Origin: an uncultured virus (IMG/VR IMGVR_UViG_3300024179_000001)
Taxonomy: Duplodnaviria; Heunggongvirae; Uroviricota; Caudoviricetes
Virus record (IMG/VR): IMGVR_UViG_3300024179_000001
Length of the DNA: 20,000 nucleotides
Reading direction: 5' to 3' (one strand)
The translations under genes were made by a program, and so were the position numbers. Below are positions 1 through 7,406 of the stretch, piece after piece; the stretch's first letter is position 1; the number at the start of each line of letters is the position of its first letter. The notes under the pieces were generated by a model that was given only the letters and a program-made list of their open reading frames with translations, was not told the DNA's origin and made no database searches.

Positions 1-132
1 TTCGCGTGGCCAGCGGATTTCAAGGGAGCTTCACCGATTGCTCCGGATGCGACGCTCGTCAGCTTGCAGAGTTTTCGTCGTGACGGTTCATTCTGGCGCG
101 CGGAGAGCCCGGGCATCACGATGGCCCCGTAA
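1..132 (+). CDS. 3' end of a partial gene, probably a phage tail fibre or other virion protein
   Basis: Frame 1 is open from base 1 to TAA at 130-132: FAWPADFKGASPIAPDATLVSLQSFRRDGSFWRAESPGITMAP*. The F-x-W-P...F-x-x-D-G-x-x-W pattern resembles C-terminal modules of phage tail-fibre proteins (recognised by eye). Not in the ORF track. Confidence 0.6.
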   Translation, partial: FAWPADFKGASPIAPDATLVSLQSFRRDGSFWRAESPGITMAP

Positions 133-216
133 AGATTTTCACTCGCGCTTCGATGGGCGAGGAAAGTAAGACACTGCAGTCCTTCTCAGGTTGCAGACAA
201 TAGAAGGAGCCACACC

Positions 217-594
217 ATGGCCGTCGCAACACTTACAGTTAAGGCTGGATTCGTACAGACCAACGACCAGCGTACGCAAAGCTTCTGGGGCACGTTTCAG
301 GTCAGCGCGCCGACGGACATTTATCCGGCCGGTGGGTTCTCTCTGGATCCTGTGCTTCTGGCAGCTCTCCAGCCGAACACTAATACTGGTTTAATCGGAT
401 TTCAGGCGAACGGTTCCGGTGCTGGTTATATCTATCAGCGCATTCCGTCCACCGGAAAACTGATGGTCTTGCAGGTTCCTTTCAACGGATCGCTCACCAC
501 GGCGGCGCCGCTGATTCAGTATCCGTCCTCGGCGGTGTCTGGCATCTGGGCTGACGTGATCAGCTTTGAAGCCATCTATCTCCGCAACGCGTAA
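217..594 (+). CDS. Small phage virion structural protein (125 aa), function unknown
   Basis: Strong SD AGAAGGAG at 202-209 before ATG 217. Beta-rich G/S/T sequence with YPAGG and GYIY...GKL motifs. Sits among structural genes. Confidence 0.75.
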   Translation: MAVATLTVKAGFVQTNDQRTQSFWGTFQVSAPTDIYPAGGFSLDPVLLAALQPNTNTGLIGFQANGSGAGYIYQRIPSTGKLMVLQVPFNGSLTTAAPLIQYPSSAVSGIWADVISFEAIYLRNA

Positions 595-1055
595 GCCTTA
601 TTTTCGGCTTGTTGCTTCCATGTGGCCCAACGGCAATTACTCGGCTCGTAGTTGCCGTTGGGGTCCGGGAATCTATCCAAGGTGAGACGCGGAGATTTTT
701 TGTGACCCATATCAGCGAGAAAATTCGCAAAGGACTTTTTCCATCTGGAGCACACAGTTACACCTCTACCCCCGTACCTATGGAAGCTGTGATAGTTGGG
801 ATTGAGACAACGCTGAAGCATGTTCCAGTAAGAAAAATATTCCGGCTTTCCCCAGTGCCCGTGTTTAGAAAGCGCGCATCCGCAACTCGTTGTTTGTTTC
901 CCAACGAGATTTTTCCCGAGAGCGCGCTTTGTCTTTCCGCAATCGCAGAGGCACAACCAGAGAGATCCACTTTTTCTATTTGGGATCCGTTTGATTACCA
1001 CAAGTCTTCCAAAGCGGAGTCCTTGAAGTGTGAGCGCTTTTCTCATTTCGTGCAT
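576..1055 (-). CDS. Free-standing phage HNH homing endonuclease with an N-terminal Cys-rich (CxCxCG...SCGC) region
   Basis: Motifs GRLVVIKR, WLCLCDCG, TTSCGC, YWNMLQRCLNPN, YGGRGVTVCSRW, FLADMG and LTLDR...NGNYEPSNCRWAT match the common phage HNH family. Likely start is ATG 1055 or 1046 rather than 1082. AT-richer than its flanks, antisense, and overlaps the 217-594 gene by 19 nt. Confidence 0.9.
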   Translation of the reverse strand: MHEMRKALTLQGLRFGRLVVIKRIPNRKSGSLWLCLCDCGKTKRALGKNLVGKQTTSCGCALSKHGHWGKPEYFSYWNMLQRCLNPNYHSFHRYGGRGVTVCSRWKKSFANFLADMGHKKSPRLTLDRFPDPNGNYEPSNCRWATWKQQAENKAYALRR

Positions 1056-1110
1056 TTTATAAGGGAGTAGTAAAATTAACAACGCTGATCAGCCTTTCAT
1101 CTCTGCACCG

Positions 1111-4100
1111 ATGGAGTTGATGGGTGGCCTCTACACCGAGGCCACGCCTGAATCGCTCCCGCTCGGCGCGAGCCCCCGCGTAATCAACTGCGATTTCATT
1201 CTTGGTTCGGTCTTTCAGCGCCCGGGAAAACAAAGCCAGTTCTACTTCGGAAGTATCTTCATCGAAAATGTCACGAAGTCGGCATCGAGTGTCGCTGGAT
1301 CGCAGGCGCCGAATGAAGCCGCCTGGTCGAACCCAACCAACGCCACGAAAAATATTCCCGGGACGTACGCTTCCGTCACACTGAATTTCGGTGGTGGAAC
1401 TGGTCCGATTGGTCCTGTCGATAAAGTGGTGACCGCTGGATCTAACATTGCTCAGGCAGGATTTTCCGTTGGTCCCATCACGCCGAGTCTCGCCGGAGAG
1501 TGGGCTTTCCTCGCTCTCCATTCGTCTGGAACTGTTTACGCCCCGCCTTTTGCCGTATTCGATTCCGTGAGCGTCCAAGCCAGCGCACTGTTCACTGGCC
1601 TGAATCCACTTACTGCCACTGGAAATTTCGGTGGACCGAATCAGACATGGGCTGCTGTTCTCGCTTCGTTTTTCACAAACGGATCCACGCCAGTAGTCTT
1701 TAACACCAATCACGGAAACAACTCGGCGTCTTTCCCAGTGTCGTCGATGGTGGTCAATCTTCCGCACTCCACGGTTCAGGGGCATACGATTCTCGTGACC
1801 TGTTACGACCTCGGTGCCGTCAACCTAAACAACGTCACTGCCGTAGACAACCTCGGGAACAACTACACGCTGATCGGGAAGTCGCAGAACGGCATTGGCG
1901 GCCGCGACATGTTCCTGCTTGGCCTTGCGAACATCCCTGCGGGAATCACTCAACTCACGATCTCAAAGTCTGGTGGTTTTGCCAGTGCCCAGTGCGAAGT
2001 GCAGGAAATCGCTAACTTCTCTTCTCCACCACCGACCCCGGGAGTGAGCCAGATCCTGCAGTCGCTGAATTTCGCATTCAACATTCCATCGACACAATTC
2101 GTGCTCGGCATGGAAGTCGAAGTCAGCGGGAATCAATCGGACCTGACGGCCAACTCGATCCTGACGGCGACAGTCGTCAGCGGTGGCGTTACATCGGCGC
2201 CTGTCACTGGCCAGCTTCCTTCTGTCGATGGGACTATCGCCCTCGGCCAGCCAACTTCCAACTTCGGATTTGCACTGACTCCTGCGTTCATGAACAGCCC
2301 GAACCTCACCGTGAATCTGGTGGCGAGCGCATCGGCGGCGAACGCTGTTTTCAATATCTATGCCGTGAAACTGAAAGTTTTCGTGACACCAAATCCGCCG
2401 CCGAATTTCAACTACATCAAAACCTTTGCAGAGACGGGCGGCGAAGTACTGACGCTGGTGCTCGGAAGCGACGGAGTCTTCTACCAGGAAGACGCGATCA
2501 ATGCTCCGGGCGTGCTCACGGGTGTCGCCACGAATATTCTTCCGGATAGTTTCGCGCAGTCCGCGACAGTCGATGATCGTGAGTTCATCGCGGTATCGAA
2601 TCTGCAGAACGGCACCGATGTACCGCGCACCTACACGCCGCCGAATTTCGACCGCCTGAGCCAAGTGGGCCCGGGAGCTCCTCCGGCGGCTTCCTCTTCC
2701 TCGGCGTCGAATACCATCGTGTCGATCACGCAGCCGACGGTGAAAAGCGACGTCGCTAATCCGGGACATCTTTCCGGGATCCTGTGGTCCGCTGGCCCCG
2801 GATCCACCGCTGTTGGAAACGTGCTCACCGTTTATTACGTCGGAACAAATTTCCAGCCAGTTGCTGATCCGGATCTCGTGATCGGCGCCGGCGTGCAACT
2901 TGCCGGAATCGATCCCTCACAATTCGCTGGCCAGACGGTGAACGGCGATTACATCATCACGAGCGTTGGACAGGGCGTTCCTCCGGGCGCGGCACAATCG
3001 CGCTGGTATTTCACGGTGACGATGCCGTCGTCGCAGTCGATCAATCAGGCGAATCACATCGAAGCGCACGCACCGACAGGAACCTATCAGGTGACAACGG
3101 CAACCCTGACGGCTGCCGCGCAGGTTCCGAATCTCGAGGTTGGCGGCACGCTGCAGATTTCCGGGACCGGAGGAGCTCCGACTGCCGGATACGATGGCAG
3201 CTGGACCGTCAACGCCACGCCGAACGCTTCGCAGCTGCAGATCACGAGCACGGTGCTCAATGGAAACGTGGCGACGTACGGATTCAACCTGATCACGGGA
3301 ACGAATCCTGTCGTCGGCCAGATCATCACTGTCAGCGGAACACTGAACGGAAACGGGATCTTCAACGTCCAGAATCAGGCGATCTCCGCGACGTCGCCGG
3401 GATCGTTCTCGATCACCTTGTTCGGTCCCAATGTTTCGTCAGCTGCTGAAACCGGATCAGGCATCATTTTCGGAACGATCTTCCAATTTGATCCTCTGGT
3501 GATCGTCGGCAACAGGCTCGGTGGGAATCTCGTCACCACCGGGATCATCAGCGCTGGCGTGCGGAAGGTCTGCTACTCGTTCCTGACGCGAAATGGCTTC
3601 ATGACCCAGCCTTCGCCGATTACGACTTTCGATGTGACATCCGGCGCCGCGAACCTGCAGATCTCGAATCTCCTGACCGGACCCTCGAACGTGATCGCCC
3701 GGGTGATCCACCTGACGGCCGCGAACGGCAGCAACTTCTACAATATTCCCGAGCCCGTTCCGATAAATGACAACGGAACGATTGTCACCAGCACATCGAC
3801 GTGGGTGAACGACAACACGACCCAGAGCGTCACACTGAGTTTTTCAGATGGTGTGCTCCTCGCCGCCGATCAGATCGATATTCAGGGAAACAACCTCTTC
3901 GAGAATATCGAGCTCGGAAGCTGTGTTGCGCTGATCCCTTACAACCAGCGGATCTTCGCCGTCGGCGAACAGAACAAGATCACAAATCTGCTGAACTTTT
4001 CCTTTGACGGCGGCATTACGGCCTCCGGAGCTCCAGCCGGATGGACCGTGGATCCAACGAACGGCGCCGGCGGCAGCGTTGTGAGCTCGCCCGTTTTCGG

Positions 4101-5646
4101 AAACGCTTATCAGATCCTGAATTCCTCGGGCATTTCGCAAGCAACCTACGGGATGATCACGCAGAACGCGTTCGAGGATGAATTCCTCGTGCCGATCATC
4201 AACGCGTCAACGACGTACAGCGTGCGCGTGACCGCACAGGTGCCGACAGGAGCTGCTGGCGGAAATCTTGTCGTGGATCTCTTCAGCCCGTCGTTCAACA
4301 AAGTTTTCGGATCGTTCACTCAGGCGCTCTCCGGAATCGCGACAACGATGCAGATCTTTACCGGGACGCTGCTGACGACAACCTTTGCTCCAGTTCCCAG
4401 CGATCTCCTGATCCGGATCTACGCGACGACGATTGCGAATGGCGTCGAAGTGATCATTGATCGCATCGAGCCATTCCCCACGGAGACGCCGAACCTGAAC
4501 GTGCAGGTGATCGGATCCTATAGCGAGGCCTTCGAGCAGTTTGATCGTCTGACTGGAATCGTGAAGGCGAACCAGCAGAACCAGCAGCCAGTGGTTTCCG
4601 GATTCGTGCTCTCCGGAAATTTCTATCTCGTGAAGACTGGCTCGATCGTCGCCGTCAACAGCAATGACACGACGGAGCCATCGTTCTGGAATACGCCGCG
4701 CGTGATTTCTCAAACCGTCGGCGCCGTCGGTCCTTACGCTGTTTCGCTCGCCATCGACACGAAGAATTCCGGCGAAGAGTGGGCCGTCATCGCCAACCAG
4801 GCAGGAGCATTCCTCTTTCAGGGCAGCCAGCCGATCAAGCTTTCTGAAGAGATCCAGCGGCTCTGGAACATGATCAACTGGATCGTCGGCTACACAGTGT
4901 GGGTGCAGAACGACATCATCAACCGCAGGATCCTGATCGGCGTGCCGCTCAAGGCGCTGCAGGTGGATGGAACAGTGCCGACGTGGCTCCCTGTAGGGCT
5001 TTTCACGGATAACAATCCTCAGACACCGAATGCGATCCTTGCGCTGAACTACAAGCAGCTGAACACGGCGAACGCGCTCGCAAGCGACGTGATGATCCAC
5101 CGGAGCTACTCCGGGAAACTGATCGCCTCGGACATCGTGCGGAAGTGGTCGATCTGGACCGTGAAGGCGCCGTGCGCCGCCTTCGTGCAGCGGCTGGACA
5201 CAACGACACCGCTCTTCCTCGGGAATTCGGATCACAACGGAAAGATCTTCGCGCTAATCGAGGGCCTGCTGCAGGATGACGGCAATGCCGTCAACCAGAT
5301 CTACGCGACAGCAGGCTTCATGCCGACAGAGGCCGCCGAAGGAATGCAGCTGGGCGTCACGCGGTTCACATTCGAGTACGCGACGATGGTGATCGACGGA
5401 TCTGGAACTGTCGTGACGACGGTCTATCCGAACACGCTCGACACTCCGTACTCGCACGTCCTGTTGCCGAATCTGGCGCTGCCGGCGTCTACCAACGGAG
5501 ACGTCGAAATGCCGCTGAACGAAACCGGATCGCGTCTCTTCCTGATCTTCAGCTCGAACGCAGTTGGATCAGGATACGAGCTCTCGCGGCTGATCGTGAT
5601 GATGACAAAGGATCCATGGAGCCCGATCCGTGGTGTGAATAATTAA
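1111..5646 (+). CDS. Large virion protein, probably tail nozzle / packaged-DNA stabilisation protein (T7 gp12 / P22 gp10-like position), with several inserted beta-rich domains
   Basis: 1511-aa ORF rich in G/S/T/N/V. The N-terminal GGL...P..LP.GASP...NCDF..GSV..RPG and the late KLSEEIQRLW...ND...RRILIGVP segments resemble podovirus nozzle beta-propeller proteins. It lies upstream of the GNAT and ejection-protein genes. The true start may be ATT at 1075 (see findings). Confidence 0.7.
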   Translation: MELMGGLYTEATPESLPLGASPRVINCDFILGSVFQRPGKQSQFYFGSIFIENVTKSASSVAGSQAPNEAAWSNPTNATKNIPGTYASVTLNFGGGTGPIGPVDKVVTAGSNIAQAGFSVGPITPSLAGEWAFLALHSSGTVYAPPFAVFDSVSVQASALFTGLNPLTATGNFGGPNQTWAAVLASFFTNGSTPVVFNTNHGNNSASFPVSSMVVNLPHSTVQGHTILVTCYDLGAVNLNNVTAVDNLGNNYTLIGKSQNGIGGRDMFLLGLANIPAGITQLTISKSGGFASAQCEVQEIANFSSPPPTPGVSQILQSLNFAFNIPSTQFVLGMEVEVSGNQSDLTANSILTATVVSGGVTSAPVTGQLPSVDGTIALGQPTSNFGFALTPAFMNSPNLTVNLVASASAANAVFNIYAVKLKVFVTPNPPPNFNYIKTFAETGGEVLTLVLGSDGVFYQEDAINAPGVLTGVATNILPDSFAQSATVDDREFIAVSNLQNGTDVPRTYTPPNFDRLSQVGPGAPPAASSSSASNTIVSITQPTVKSDVANPGHLSGILWSAGPGSTAVGNVLTVYYVGTNFQPVADPDLVIGAGVQLAGIDPSQFAGQTVNGDYIITSVGQGVPPGAAQSRWYFTVTMPSSQSINQANHIEAHAPTGTYQVTTATLTAAAQVPNLEVGGTLQISGTGGAPTAGYDGSWTVNATPNASQLQITSTVLNGNVATYGFNLITGTNPVVGQIITVSGTLNGNGIFNVQNQAISATSPGSFSITLFGPNVSSAAETGSGIIFGTIFQFDPLVIVGNRLGGNLVTTGIISAGVRKVCYSFLTRNGFMTQPSPITTFDVTSGAANLQISNLLTGPSNVIARVIHLTAANGSNFYNIPEPVPINDNGTIVTSTSTWVNDNTTQSVTLSFSDGVLLAADQIDIQGNNLFENIELGSCVALIPYNQRIFAVGEQNKITNLLNFSFDGGITASGAPAGWTVDPTNGAGGSVVSSPVFGNAYQILNSSGISQATYGMITQNAFEDEFLVPIINASTTYSVRVTAQVPTGAAGGNLVVDLFSPSFNKVFGSFTQALSGIATTMQIFTGTLLTTTFAPVPSDLLIRIYATTIANGVEVIIDRIEPFPTETPNLNVQVIGSYSEAFEQFDRLTGIVKANQQNQQPVVSGFVLSGNFYLVKTGSIVAVNSNDTTEPSFWNTPRVISQTVGAVGPYAVSLAIDTKNSGEEWAVIANQAGAFLFQGSQPIKLSEEIQRLWNMINWIVGYTVWVQNDIINRRILIGVPLKALQVDGTVPTWLPVGLFTDNNPQTPNAILALNYKQLNTANALASDVMIHRSYSGKLIASDIVRKWSIWTVKAPCAAFVQRLDTTTPLFLGNSDHNGKIFALIEGLLQDDGNAVNQIYATAGFMPTEAAEGMQLGVTRFTFEYATMVIDGSGTVVTTVYPNTLDTPYSHVLLPNLALPASTNGDVEMPLNETGSRLFLIFSSNAVGSGYELSRLIVMMTKDPWSPIRGVNN

Positions 5647-5655
5647 GGCTTAATT

Positions 5656-6249
5656 ATGCCCATCGACATCGAAAAGGAGATCACCTTCCTCCGCAACATT
5701 CCGGAGATCGGACGCTATCTGGGTGAAGCGTTCCGGAAGATGGTCGATGGAACAAACCTACTGGGCCAGAATTCAGCGGTGGATGCGGTTGGAACGATGC
5801 CGCCGCCTCCGACAGTGCAGCAGCTGCAGGTAAAGACAAACGGCGCAGGCCTCGTCCACGCCGTGATCACCGATAACAATCCGATCCAGAAAAACCTGCA
5901 CTACTTCGTCGAGTACGATACGGATCCAAGTTTTCTAAAGCCGCACGTCGTTCACCTCGGCGCATCCCGTTCAATGAACCCGTTGAACCTGCCAGCGCTC
6001 GACGACAACGGGAATCCGCAGAAGTTTTATTTTCGCGCCTATTCGCAGTACCCGGGAAGCAAACCAGGCACAGTGGTGCATTTTGGCGGCGACATGCCGA
6101 CGGCAGTCGATCCCGGAGGAACGCAGCAGATGACGCTGCTCCCATCGACGGGATCCGGAACCGCGCAAGCGACAGGTGAGCAGGGCGGATCTGGTTTTGG
6201 TAAAGTCCTCTTCAGGCCAGCGCCCAGTGCGAAGAGGTCCGCGAAGTGA
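5656..6249 (+). CDS. Hypothetical phage virion protein (197 aa)
   Basis: Starts 9 nt after the previous stop and its stop overlaps the next start (GTGA). Short N-terminal helix followed by a beta-rich segment. Codon style matches its neighbours. Confidence 0.75.
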   Translation: MPIDIEKEITFLRNIPEIGRYLGEAFRKMVDGTNLLGQNSAVDAVGTMPPPPTVQQLQVKTNGAGLVHAVITDNNPIQKNLHYFVEYDTDPSFLKPHVVHLGASRSMNPLNLPALDDNGNPQKFYFRAYSQYPGSKPGTVVHFGGDMPTAVDPGGTQQMTLLPSTGSGTAQATGEQGGSGFGKVLFRPAPSAKRSAK

Positions 6250-6674
6250 TCAGGCATTTCGACTTCAGTGAAATAGAAAAAGCGCGTGAGATTCACAAGG
6301 CAAACGGACTCGACGAAAGATGCTTCCCGGATCTCGAAGTCAGGACCGAGAAGGGCGATATCGTTCCGAATCCGCTTTTTGTCGTGAAAGAAGTTTTCGA
6401 GCACGAAGGCGCGCCAGTGCTGATGAGCTTTCTGAAGATCACCTCGGAGCTCTACCTGCTCGTCGATCACACGGTGGGAACGCCAGCGGATCGCTGGGAG
6501 TGGCTCAAAGCTTTCAAGGAGCACATGAAAGTGGAAGCGTGGCGGCTGGGTCTCGATCAGATGACCGCATGGATCCCGTCCGACATCGAAAAAAGTTTCG
6601 CAGACAGGCTTGAGGAAATGGGCTTCATCAAGTCGCCGTGGCAATCGTGGACACTGAATATCGAGAACGAGTGA
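6246..6674 (+). CDS. Putative GNAT-fold acyltransferase-like protein (T7 gp13-like position)
   Basis: 142 aa, GTG start overlapping the upstream TGA. The C-terminal AWRLGLDQMTAWI...FADRLEEMGF resembles the end of a GNAT fold. Lies between the nozzle-like and internal virion genes, as in podoviruses. Confidence 0.6.
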   Translation: MIRHFDFSEIEKAREIHKANGLDERCFPDLEVRTEKGDIVPNPLFVVKEVFEHEGAPVLMSFLKITSELYLLVDHTVGTPADRWEWLKAFKEHMKVEAWRLGLDQMTAWIPSDIEKSFADRLEEMGFIKSPWQSWTLNIENE

Positions 6675-6683
6675 TCAGCGAGT

Positions 6684-6713
6684 CCGATTTGTGGCATACT
6701 CTACACGAATCGG
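6684..6713 (+). promoter_or_regulatory. Intergenic stem-loop overlapping an extended -10-like element
   Basis: CCGATTTGTG (6684-6693) pairs with CACGAATCGG (6704-6713) with one G-U pair. TG-G-CATACT (6692-6700) resembles TGnTATAAT. It lies just upstream of the three ejection-protein genes. Confidence 0.4.
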
Positions 6714-6734
6714 GTTAAGGTGAGGAGCAGCACT

Positions 6735-7397
6735 ATGGCCCGAATCACGATCAACCCAGTCATCGACATGGAAACGCTCCAACTCGTCGGCCACGACGGG
6801 CAGTACGAAATCGATCACATCCCACTTCGTTTTGATCGCGGCGCCACGGGGCAAGCGAAGAAGCTCGGCCAGCAGGCCGGAGAAACCGGAGCAACGGCTG
6901 GATCAGAAGCTGCCGTTGATCGGTCTTCTGTTATTCCCGGGCTCGTTCGCGACGTCAATAATCCAACCGGATTCACTCCCGAGCAACGAAACGACATGCT
7001 CGTGAAGCAGCAGGAAGCGGCTGGCGGTGGAAACGCAGCCGTGACCGGAGAAGGGCGCCTCGCGGCATTGCGTACGCGCACCGCCGGAGGTTTTGCGCCG
7101 GCGCTCGCCGAAGCCGCGCGATCCAAGGGACGCACACTCGCGACAGGTGCTCTCGACGTAGCGAACCGCAACGCGGAGCTCGAGCAACAGAAGCAGGCGC
7201 AGGCGCGCCAGCAACTGCTCGGACTGTACGGAGTCGATACATCGAACATGCTGAAATCCATGGGCCTGCAGTCTCAGGATCTTCAGGATCAGCTCGCCGC
7301 TGGCCGTCAGGGCTGGCTGCAGAACACCGAAGGCGTGCTGGGTACCCTCGGAAATCTCGGATCGAGTGCAGCTGGAGTTAAGAAGGCGTTCGGCTAA
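6735..7397 (+). CDS. Putative small internal virion / DNA ejection protein (220 aa)
   Basis: SD GAGGAG at 6722-6727 supports ATG 6735 rather than 6720. The body is A/G/Q-rich and helical with a Gly-rich hydrophobic tail (GVLGTLGNLGSSAAG). First of three genes after the GNAT. Confidence 0.7.
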   Translation: MARITINPVIDMETLQLVGHDGQYEIDHIPLRFDRGATGQAKKLGQQAGETGATAGSEAAVDRSSVIPGLVRDVNNPTGFTPEQRNDMLVKQQEAAGGGNAAVTGEGRLAALRTRTAGGFAPALAEAARSKGRTLATGALDVANRNAELEQQKQAQARQQLLGLYGVDTSNMLKSMGLQSQDLQDQLAAGRQGWLQNTEGVLGTLGNLGSSAAGVKKAFG

Positions 7398-7406
7398 GGG
7401 AAACTG

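Noticed and set aside
609..1070. 153-aa + strand ORF that would preserve the operon direction
   Set aside because: It is the antisense shadow of a motif-complete HNH gene and has no recognisable features.
1111..5646. Many N-x-S/T sequons in the nozzle-like protein as evidence of N-glycosylation
   Set aside because: They are expected from the high N/S/T content and are not evidence without an enrichment test.
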